Both the position numbers and the translations under genes were made by a program. Below the pieces are notes generated by a model. It searched no databases and was not told the origin of the DNA. It worked only from the letters and a program-made list of their open reading frames with translations. From Candidatus Electronema aureum (GTDB lineage: Bacteria; Desulfobacterota; Desulfobulbia; Desulfobulbales; Desulfobulbaceae): 32,000 nt of DNA. This document shows, piece by piece, positions 8,149-15,375 of this stretch. The stretch covers positions 1-32,000 of the forward strand of contig NQJD01000012.1 in NCBI GenBank assembly GCA_004284765.1, written 5' to 3'. How positions within the stretch are numbered: the stretch's first letter is position 1; every line of letters begins with the position of its first letter.

Positions 8149-8286
8149 GAGCAAGCACGCTTGGTCAGCAGCAGTAAGCCTGCTTGCCGGGTTTGAGCAC
8201 GCATGTGTGCTGGGTGTGAGCAAGCGTGCGTGCTGGATACGAGCAAGCATGTGTGCTCGGCAGGAGGAACCATGCGTGCCGACGGC
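8149..8286. repeat. Tandem array, 6 units of exactly 23 bp, each with an imperfect 16-nt palindrome
   Basis: The units start at 8149, 8172, 8195, 8218, 8241 and 8264. The best-conserved are GAGCACGCATGTGTGCTGGGTGT, GAGCAAGCGTGCGTGCTGGATAC and GAGCAAGCATGTGTGCTCGGCAG. The outer units are degenerate. The period is not divisible by 3. The array lies between the acr3 stop and the LRR gene start. Confidence 0.7.
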
Positions 8287-8450
8287 ATCGTGGCGTAGGG
8301 GCAACAAATCTTTTGCCCTGTTTGGTATTACCGTGCTGGTGCCAGGGCGAAAGATTTTTCGCCGCTACCTGAATCATCCTCAAGGGTGCCCTGCTAAATG
8401 CCGGATGGAACTGGATGCTGCTGCGTCCATGATTGTGTTGCAGAAATTTA

Positions 8451-9509
8451 TCAAAGGCTGGGTTCATTGAACATCCGCTTCCGCAGCATGAAGGCCGCAT
8501 TGACCAGCGCGATCATCACTGGCACTTCGATCAGCGGCCCGATGACCGCCGCGAAGGCTGCGCCGGAACCGATGCCGAACACGGCCACTGCGACGGCAAT
8601 CGCCAGCTCAAAGTTGTTGCTGGCGGCAGTGAAGGCGAGCGTGACCGTCTTGCCGTAGTCTGCCCCGACCATGCGCCCCATGAAAAAGGAGGCAAAGAAC
8701 ATGATCAGGAAGTAGATCAGCAGCGGCACAGCGATGCGCAGCACGTCCAAGGGCAGCGAGACGATGGCATCGCCCTTGAGGGAGAACATCACCACGATGG
8801 TGAAGAGCAGAGAGATCAGCGTGAGCGGGCTGATGCGCGGCACAAAGACGCTGTGATACCAGTCTTTGCCCTTGGCACGGATGAGCAGCAGGCGGGTGAA
8901 GAAGCCTGCCAGAAAGGGAATGCCCAGATAGATGAACACGCTCTTGGCGATTTCGCTAATGGTGATGTCAACGATGCTGCCTGTCATCCCGAACCATCCC
9001 GGCAGGACGGTGATGAACACCCAGGCGTACAGGCTGTAGAACAGAACTTGGAAGATGCTGTTGAAGGCCACCAGACCGGCGGCGTACTCGTTGTCGCCCT
9101 TGGCCAGCTCATTCCAGACAATGACCATTGCTATGCAGCGGGCCAGACCGATCAGGATGAGACCAGTCATGTATTCGGGGTAATCGCGCAGAAAGATGAC
9201 AGCAAGCAGGAACATCAGGACCGGGCCGATCAGCCAGTTCTGCACGAGCGACAAACCGAGGACTTTCCAGTTGCGGAACACATCGCCCAGCTCTTCATAA
9301 TGCACCTTGGCTAATGGCGGATACATCATGAGGATCAGGCCGACCGCAATCGGGATGTTGGTCGTGCCGACTGAGACCATGCTGTTCAAGCTGCTGACAG
9401 CACGGGGGAAGGCAAAGCCGATGCCGACCCCGATGCCCATTGCCAGAAATATCCACAGGGTCAGGTAGTGGTCGAGAAAGGACAGCTCTTTCGGTGATTC
9501 CTGCGTCAT
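8451..9509 (-). CDS. acr3: ACR3-family arsenite efflux permease
   Basis: 352 aa with about 10 TM segments. It carries [22 protein letters not shown], the hallmark [19 protein letters not shown] and [22 protein letters not shown] lies 6 nt upstream. Confidence 0.9.
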   Translation of the reverse strand: MTQESPKELSFLDHYLTLWIFLAMGIGVGIGFAFPRAVSSLNSMVSVGTTNIPIAVGLILMMYPPLAKVHYEELGDVFRNWKVLGLSLVQNWLIGPVLMFLLAVIFLRDYPEYMTGLILIGLARCIAMVIVWNELAKGDNEYAAGLVAFNSIFQVLFYSLYAWVFITVLPGWFGMTGSIVDITISEIAKSVFIYLGIPFLAGFFTRLLLIRAKGKDWYHSVFVPRISPLTLISLLFTIVVMFSLKGDAIVSLPLDVLRIAVPLLIYFLIMFFASFFMGRMVGADYGKTVTLAFTAASNNFELAIAVAVAVFGIGSGAAFAAVIGPLIEVPVMIALVNAAFMLRKRMFNEPSL

Positions 9510-9629
9510 CGCGTTTCCTCCTGAGAATTAAAGGTGCCGCATCAGCGCGGCTTGGTCTTTGCCCTGCGTTTTGATCACCGCCTCAACGCAGTTCATGAAA
9601 ATTGCTTGCGGATGACTTATGCAGGAGGT

Positions 9630-10208
9630 CTAGTAAGCGGCCTCAGGCTTCAGTGTCATCAAAAACCTGCCTATCTCCTCGATAGTCAGCACCTGATCAG
9701 CGTGCACACAAAGTAGGGCAGAACGCGGCATTTCTGGGAACTGGGCGGTCTCAGGTCGCTGCACCAAGGTCAGGCCACCACAGTCCTTGATTCGTTTCAG
9801 GCCGAGTGCGCCGTCGCTATTGGCACCGGTAAGAACAACTCCAGCCAAGGCAGGGCCATAGACATCAGCCGCGCTCTCAAATAGCACATCAATTGAAGGA
9901 CGACAGAAGTTGACCTTCTCCTCCACCGACAAGGAAAAGGTCTCATCGTGCTCAATCAACAAGTGGTAGTCAGGAGGAGCTACATAGACATTGCCGGGCA
10001 ATATCTTCTCTCTCTCAGACGCTTCCTGTACCTTGAGATGGGTGCTGCTGCTGTAAAAGCGAAACAGGTATTCGCCCTGTTCGCGGTGCAGATGCTGAAC
10101 AATGATCAGCGGCAACCGAAAGCTCGTACCTAACTGGGCCAGCAGCGTCGCCACGGCCTGCATTCCACCTGCGGAGCAACCTGCAACCACAGCTCGGTAC
10201 TTCTTCAT
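9630..10208 (-). CDS. cheB: CheB-type protein-glutamate methylesterase, catalytic domain only (no receiver domain)
   Basis: 192 aa. It carries VVAGCSAGGMQA (nucleophile Ser region), PLIIVQHL (His) and VVLTGANSDGALG (Asp). There is a 4-nt overlap with cheR. Confidence 0.85.
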   Translation of the reverse strand: MKKYRAVVAGCSAGGMQAVATLLAQLGTSFRLPLIIVQHLHREQGEYLFRFYSSSTHLKVQEASEREKILPGNVYVAPPDYHLLIEHDETFSLSVEEKVNFCRPSIDVLFESAADVYGPALAGVVLTGANSDGALGLKRIKDCGGLTLVQRPETAQFPEMPRSALLCVHADQVLTIEEIGRFLMTLKPEAAY

Positions 10209-11056
10209 CGCGTGCGTCCTTCTCCGGCTTCCAGTACCCGCTTGCGGTAGATTCTATTCTTGCTATCGATCTCGTCATGGCGACCATCACCACAGGAGAA
10301 GCGCAGGCTTTCCTTGGTGCCGAGACAGAGGAAACCGCCCCGGATCAGACTGCTGTCTAAGAGTCGCAGCACCCGATCTTTCAGTTCCCGATCAAAGTAG
10401 ATCATCACATTGCGGCAAAGAATAAGGTGCATCTCGGCAAAGACGTGATCAGAGACTAAGTTATGATTAGCAAAGGTGATGCTCTTTTTTAGTTCTCGGT
10501 TCATGACGATGTGGTCATGCGAGGCGTGATAATATCTGCTGAACGAATCGTGCGGCCCGCTCTTCTGATAGTTCTCTGTGTATTCTCGTACTTGCCGGAG
10601 CGGATAGATACCCTCTTTCGCCACCGCTAATGCTTGGTCGTTGATGTCGGTAGCATAGATAGTTGAGTGAGCAGCTAATCCTTCCTCTTTGAGCAGAATA
10701 GCCAAGGAGTAGGCTTCCTCGCCGCAAGCACAGCCTGCTACCCAGACTCGGATAAAGGGGTACGTCTTGAGCAGTGGCACCACGTTCTCCCTCAGCGAAC
10801 GGAAGAACTCTGGGTCACGAAACATGCCGGACACAGTGATCGAGAAGGCAAAAAGCAGCTCTTGGAAGAAGGCAGGTTCATGCAGCAACTTGGGGATCAA
10901 CTCGCCTACCGAGGCAATGCCGCTCTGCTCCAGCAGGAGCCGCAGCCGCCGTACCACGCTGGCCCGCGCATAGCTGCGGAAGTCGTAGCCATAACGACGG
11001 AAGACTGCTTCTAACAGCAGATCGATCTCGATAGCCTCCAGCTCGCCTGAAGTCAT
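10205..11056 (-). CDS. cheR: CheR-type protein-glutamate O-methyltransferase
   Basis: 283 aa. The CheR N-domain is YGYDFRSYARASVVRRL. It is followed by MFRDPEFF, then the SAM-binding block IRVWVAGCACGEEAYSLAILL and ATDIN. Confidence 0.9.
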   Translation of the reverse strand: MTSGELEAIEIDLLLEAVFRRYGYDFRSYARASVVRRLRLLLEQSGIASVGELIPKLLHEPAFFQELLFAFSITVSGMFRDPEFFRSLRENVVPLLKTYPFIRVWVAGCACGEEAYSLAILLKEEGLAAHSTIYATDINDQALAVAKEGIYPLRQVREYTENYQKSGPHDSFSRYYHASHDHIVMNRELKKSITFANHNLVSDHVFAEMHLILCRNVMIYFDRELKDRVLRLLDSSLIRGGFLCLGTKESLRFSCGDGRHDEIDSKNRIYRKRVLEAGEGRTR

Positions 11057-11078
11057 CGCCCATCCCTTGCCGAGCCAC

Positions 11079-11216
11079 AGGTACGAGAGTACCTTCTCGT
11101 TGAGTACGAGAGTACCTTCTCGTTGAGTACGAGAGTACCTCCCCGTTTGGTATGGGAATACCTTTCCGTTGGGTACGAGAATACCTTTCCGTTAGGTATG
11201 AGAATACCTAACCAGA
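11079..11216. repeat. Tandem array, 6 units of exactly 23 bp, each carrying a hairpin-forming palindrome
   Basis: The units start at 11079, 11102, 11125, 11148, 11171 and 11194. Units 1-2 are GAGTACGAGAGTACCTTCTCGTT (unit 1 has A for the first G). The later units drift (TGGTATGGGAATACCTTTCCGTT and similar). Within a unit, GGTAC-N4-GTACC and ACGAGA-N6-TCTCGT are self-complementary. The array lies between the kinase stop (11302) and the cheR start (11056). Confidence 0.85.
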
Positions 11217-11301
11217 AACTACTCTGGTACCTTGGTACCAACCACTCTGGTGATTGACCGACAGGCTCTTTTCTTGTTATCAGCATGAATATCTTGACTA
11301 T

Positions 11302-14300
11302 CTATCTGTATAACCAAACTCGCATCATCGACAGCAACCGCTCTAAGTCAATCGGCTTGGCCAAGTAGTCGCTGGCTCCGGCCTCAATACACTTTTCCCG
11401 GTCTTCCTTCATTGCCTTGGCAGTCAGGGCAATCACCGGCAGATCGCGGAACTCGCGCTGCGCCCTGATCTTACGGGTGGCCTCGTAGCCGTCCATCTCT
11501 GGCATCATGATGTCCATCAGCACTAAATCAATTTGCCCGTCTTCAGCTAAAGCCTTCAGGGCTTTCTTCCCATCTTCAGCGATGATCACTTCCATGCCTT
11601 TGTCCTCTAAAATACCAGAGAGGGCAAAGACATTCCGCATGTCATCATCAACCAAAAGGATACGCTTGCCCTTGAAGATGTTCTCTTGATCGTACAGTCC
11701 GGTGATGATCTCTTGCTTCTTGTCTGGCATTTGCTCCACCACCCGATGCAGAAAGAGCGAGGTCTCGTCTAAAAGCCGTTCGCGGGAGCGGGCATTCTTA
11801 ATGATGATCGACTCGGCATACTTGTTCAGCTCTTTCTCCTCGTCGCGGCTCAGTTCCCTACCAGTGTAGATAATCACCGGCGGCACCCTGAGACCTTGCT
11901 CGGCGACTAACGTGCGCAGCAGCTCGATGCCGTTGCAGTCGGGTAAGCCTAAGTCTAAGACCATGCAGTCGAACTGCTGGCTGTGCAGCAATTCATTGGC
12001 TTCTGCACCGGTCTTGGCCTCCTCAATCACGGTGTCCTCGCTGCCTACCAGCTCAACCAAAGCGGCTCGCAGGACATTGTCGTCCTCCACCACCAAAAGT
12101 CGCTTGACCTTGCTGCTACTGATTGACTCAAAGCGGGCCAGTGCCTCAGCGATCTGTTCCTGATCTACTGGCTTAGTGAAGAAGCCCACCGCACCCTGCC
12201 GGAAGGCTTCTCGACTGCCTTCCTCCACTGACATCATATGTACCGGGATATGCCGGGTGCTGGGATTGGTCTTCAGACTGGTTAGCACGGTCCAGCCGTC
12301 AATGCCGGGCAGCTTGATGTCAAGGATAATGCCAGTGGGCTGATGCCGCTCGGCCAGCTGAAGTCCCTCTTCACCGGTCTCAGCAGCCAAGACTTTGAAG
12401 CTGCGCTGACGGCATTGATCCATGAGAATCTTAGCGAACTTGCGGTCATCCTCAATGATCAGGATGCTGCGCGTCTCAGGAGTCAGGCGGTTGCGGTCGT
12501 CAGTAGGTATCTCCTGCGGCGGCTGCTGTCTGGGTGATAACGAGAAGGCAGCAGGCCGAGGCGGTGCAGTCGGTGTTCTTTCCTTTTCGTCTGGGGTCTC
12601 AGGACAGCTCAGGGGTAGATAGAGGGTGAAGACTGAGCCTTTGCCCGGCTCACTGACGAGTTGAATCTCGCCGCCAAGCAACGCAGCTAACTCCCGCGAA
12701 ATCGACAAGCCAAGGCCAGTACCGCCGTACTTGCGGCCAGTGGAGCCGTCTGCCTGCTGGAACGCCTCAAAGATGATCTTCTGCTTATCCTGCGGAATGC
12801 CAATGCCGGTGTCAGTCACGCTGATCGCAATACTCTCGTCAGCCAGCAAACCCTCACGGCGGAGGCGAGTGTTCTTTGGCGGTTGGGTGAAAGCCAGCCT
12901 AACGCTGCCTGTTTCAGTGAACTTGATGCTGTTGCCGATGAAGTTCTTCACAATCTGCTCGATTCGCTTGCGGTCGGTGAAGATGTTCTCTGGCAAGGCG
13001 GGATCAATGCTGACCGAGAACTCTAACCCTTTCAGCTCGGCCATGTGCCGGAAGAGATTGCGGGCGTTCTCAGCCACCTCGGTCAACGGCACTTCCTCGG
13101 CTTCCACTTCCACCCGACCTGCCTCAATCTTAGACAGATCAAGTATCTCGTTGATCAGGTTGAGCAGGTCTTTACCTGACTCAACAATCACTCCGGCAGC
13201 TTCCTGCTGATGTTCGGTCAGATTGCCCTGCTTGTTATCCGATAGCGTCTGGGAGAGCAGCAGCAGGCTGTTGAGCGGGGTGCGCAGCTCGTGGCTCATG
13301 TTGGCCAAGAACTCGGACTTATACTTGGAAGCCAAGGCTAAATCGCGCGAACGCTCCTCAATCTCCTCGCGGGCGGCAATCAGCTCTTGGTTGCGTGTCT
13401 CAATCTCATTCTTCTGTGAGATCAGTGCCTCGGTTTTCTCTTTGAGGCGGGAGTTGGTGGCCTCTAACTCCGCTTGCTGGCTTTCTAATTCCTCTTGGAA
13501 CTCTTTCAGCGCAACGGTCTGCGCCTCTAATTCCTCGTTGGTCGTCTTCAGCTCTTCGCTCTGATGCCGCAGTTCCTCAGACTGCCGTTGGGTCTCTTCC
13601 AGCAGCTCCTGCACCTCTTGGCGACGACGGGCGACATCAAAGACAATGGCAATGCTGCTGGTTACATCGCGGAGGAAATTCATATCCGCATCAGAGAATT
13701 CTTTGAACGAGGCCAGCTCAATCACACCCACCAACCGGTCTTCATGAAGAAAAGGAGCAGCCACGATGTTACAAGGCGCAGCGTCACCCAGCGTCGAGCT
13801 GATGCGAACATAGCCTTCAGGTAGATCAGTGACAGAGATGAGCGACTTCTCCAGCGCGGCCTGCCCGGCCAACCCCTCGCCCAGCTCAATCATCGAATTG
13901 AGGCCCTTGCGTTTACTGAAGGCGTAGCTGCCGGTCATAAGTAAGGCTTTTCCACTTTTGTCAGCAAGATAAAGCGAGGCCATCTGCGCACCAAGATAGC
14001 GGACGAGAAAGCTGGTGATGGTCTGGGCCAGCATTCGTGCATCCTGCTGTCCTCGAGTCTGCTCAGACAACTCAGCGATGCCAGCCTTATGGCGGAAGTT
14101 CTTGGCCACCGTATCAACCATAAAGTCGAGCGCATCGGCCAGCTGGCCGATTTCATCCGAACGCCGCAGATGAAGCCGCTGCGTAAGGTCACCTGCGGCA
14201 ATGATATCTGCCACTCCTGCTGCATAGATAATTGGCTTGCTGATTGAACGGGCAATGAACCACGCTACCGCACCCACTGCCAAAAAAGTCAGCAGCAGGG

Positions 14301-15375
14301 CAGCGATGATGGAGTTCACCACTTGACGGCTTGCCTCGGCACTGGTCTTGTTCATCACGGTCTTGTAGCGCAGGGCTTCACTCTCGTTGACCTCGCAAAT
14401 CAGTGCCCAGCGCACGCCAAAGACATCAACCGAACTCCACGAGGACAGCACTGTGTTACCCAGATAATCCGTAATAACTCCGGTGCCGCTTTCGCCTTTG
14501 AGTGCGTTGCGGCTGGCCTCAGTGTTGACTTTGTTGCCCTGCCGAAAAGACTCCACCCGACTGTAGCGTTCCGGGGCCACCAATGAATCAGACCGCATGT
14601 AGCCGTCCTTGCCCACTAAATACGCCTCTAATGTTTTTTTATGCTCAGAGACTAACCTGATCATATTCCGCAGTGCTTCTGTGGAAGGCTGCACTGCCAG
14701 AAAGATATTGCCTTCGCCCTTGTTCTTGATTCTAGTGATGAGAAAGGCAGAAGGCTCGTTATTGAGTGGTGCGTAGGGCGCGTAATCGCCAAAAGCCATC
14801 TCTTGGCCAGAGTTCTGCTGGAGTTGAGCAAAAGCCCTGCCTAATGAACTGCTCATCAGTGGCGGACGACTGAGAGACAGGCCGAGGTCAGAGGCTTTGT
14901 TCAAGGAATAAATGATGCTGCCTTGAGCGTTAATCAAAAAGACGTTGTGCCAGTCAAAATCACGGCAGACATCTTGGAAGAGGAAGTCATTTTCTTTGGC
15001 TATCTTTTGCCACGCATCCGAGCTTACGGAGTTACCTGCACCCGCAAAAACTTGGCCAAATTCTTGAGACACCTGCATTAACCAAGGATTGTCCCGAAGC
15101 ATATACATCTGCCCTTCCATCTTCTTGAAAAAGGAGGCAATCTGCTTTTCCTTGATTTGGCACATGACCTTCAGCTCGTCGTAGGCAGCCTGCTCCACAG
15201 CGGCAACCCCTTGGCCGCCCACCGTCTTCAGTCCCTGCGAGGCGATCAACCACAGCATCACCCCGATGAAGAGCAGGGGAATAATGCCCACACAGAGATG
15301 GGAGGCGATCAGTCTGGTGTGCAGACCGCCTTTGACGGCGGTGCGACTACGGCTGGCGGCTGGCTGGTTCTTCAT
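11302..15375 (-). CDS. Hybrid sensor histidine kinase: TM, Cache-like periplasmic domain, TM, HAMP, GAF, long coiled coil, HisKA, HATPase_c, three receiver domains
   Basis: 1357 aa with two hydrophobic segments (aa ~22-45 and ~353-375). The HAMP region is SISKPIIYAAGVADIIAAGDLTQRL. A GAF-like region spans aa ~440-580. The H-box is FLANMSHELRTPLN, and the G-boxes are DTGIGI and GGTGLGLSISRELA. The three REC domains are ILIIEDD..ILDIKLPGIDG, LLVVEDD..VLDLGLPDCNG and ILLVDDD..LMDIMMPEMDG. Confidence 0.9.
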   Translation of the reverse strand: MKNQPAASRSRTAVKGGLHTRLIASHLCVGIIPLLFIGVMLWLIASQGLKTVGGQGVAAVEQAAYDELKVMCQIKEKQIASFFKKMEGQMYMLRDNPWLMQVSQEFGQVFAGAGNSVSSDAWQKIAKENDFLFQDVCRDFDWHNVFLINAQGSIIYSLNKASDLGLSLSRPPLMSSSLGRAFAQLQQNSGQEMAFGDYAPYAPLNNEPSAFLITRIKNKGEGNIFLAVQPSTEALRNMIRLVSEHKKTLEAYLVGKDGYMRSDSLVAPERYSRVESFRQGNKVNTEASRNALKGESGTGVITDYLGNTVLSSWSSVDVFGVRWALICEVNESEALRYKTVMNKTSAEASRQVVNSIIAALLLTFLAVGAVAWFIARSISKPIIYAAGVADIIAAGDLTQRLHLRRSDEIGQLADALDFMVDTVAKNFRHKAGIAELSEQTRGQQDARMLAQTITSFLVRYLGAQMASLYLADKSGKALLMTGSYAFSKRKGLNSMIELGEGLAGQAALEKSLISVTDLPEGYVRISSTLGDAAPCNIVAAPFLHEDRLVGVIELASFKEFSDADMNFLRDVTSSIAIVFDVARRRQEVQELLEETQRQSEELRHQSEELKTTNEELEAQTVALKEFQEELESQQAELEATNSRLKEKTEALISQKNEIETRNQELIAAREEIEERSRDLALASKYKSEFLANMSHELRTPLNSLLLLSQTLSDNKQGNLTEHQQEAAGVIVESGKDLLNLINEILDLSKIEAGRVEVEAEEVPLTEVAENARNLFRHMAELKGLEFSVSIDPALPENIFTDRKRIEQIVKNFIGNSIKFTETGSVRLAFTQPPKNTRLRREGLLADESIAISVTDTGIGIPQDKQKIIFEAFQQADGSTGRKYGGTGLGLSISRELAALLGGEIQLVSEPGKGSVFTLYLPLSCPETPDEKERTPTAPPRPAAFSLSPRQQPPQEIPTDDRNRLTPETRSILIIEDDRKFAKILMDQCRQRSFKVLAAETGEEGLQLAERHQPTGIILDIKLPGIDGWTVLTSLKTNPSTRHIPVHMMSVEEGSREAFRQGAVGFFTKPVDQEQIAEALARFESISSSKVKRLLVVEDDNVLRAALVELVGSEDTVIEEAKTGAEANELLHSQQFDCMVLDLGLPDCNGIELLRTLVAEQGLRVPPVIIYTGRELSRDEEKELNKYAESIIIKNARSRERLLDETSLFLHRVVEQMPDKKQEIITGLYDQENIFKGKRILLVDDDMRNVFALSGILEDKGMEVIIAEDGKKALKALAEDGQIDLVLMDIMMPEMDGYEATRKIRAQREFRDLPVIALTAKAMKEDREKCIEAGASDYLAKPIDLERLLSMMRVWLYR

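Noticed and set aside
8149-8286. The possibility that the 23-bp arrays (here and at 11079-11216) are CRISPR arrays or plasmid-type iterons.
   Set aside because: The units abut directly with no unique spacers, so they are not CRISPR. There is no rep gene, AT-rich unwinding region or DnaA-box cluster nearby, and both arrays lie inside operons. An origin/iteron role is therefore unsupported.
8107-8307. N-terminal extension of the LRR ORF (ORF-track start 8307), plus overlapping ORFs 8103..8288 and 8165..8500.
   Set aside because: All three frames are open across the 23-bp repeat array, which is the signature of non-coding repeat DNA. A canonical AGGAGA-N7-ATG at 8106 gives a clean LRR protein start.
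8433-9314. A 293-aa plus-strand ORF rich in H/D/E/Q/G, antisense to acr3. A similar 270-aa ORF (6646..7458) is antisense to the trx and COR genes.
   Set aside because: The opposite strand encodes proteins with unmistakable family motifs, including the ACR3 GLARCIAMV...WNELAKGD block. The antisense translations are compositionally odd and lack start signals.
9528-9596. A 22-codon minus-strand ORF (MNCVEAVIKTQGKDQAALMRHL) between cheB and acr3, considered as an ArsR or ArsD remnant.
   Set aside because: It is too short, and I cannot recognise any family motif by eye. It is mentioned only as something to include in a tBLASTn check of the ars island.
11053-11286. A 77-aa ORF between the kinase and cheR.
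   Set aside because: It consists almost entirely of the translated 23-bp tandem array. The period is not divisible by 3, so the frame meaning changes at every unit. There is no SD, and the repeat explains the open frame.
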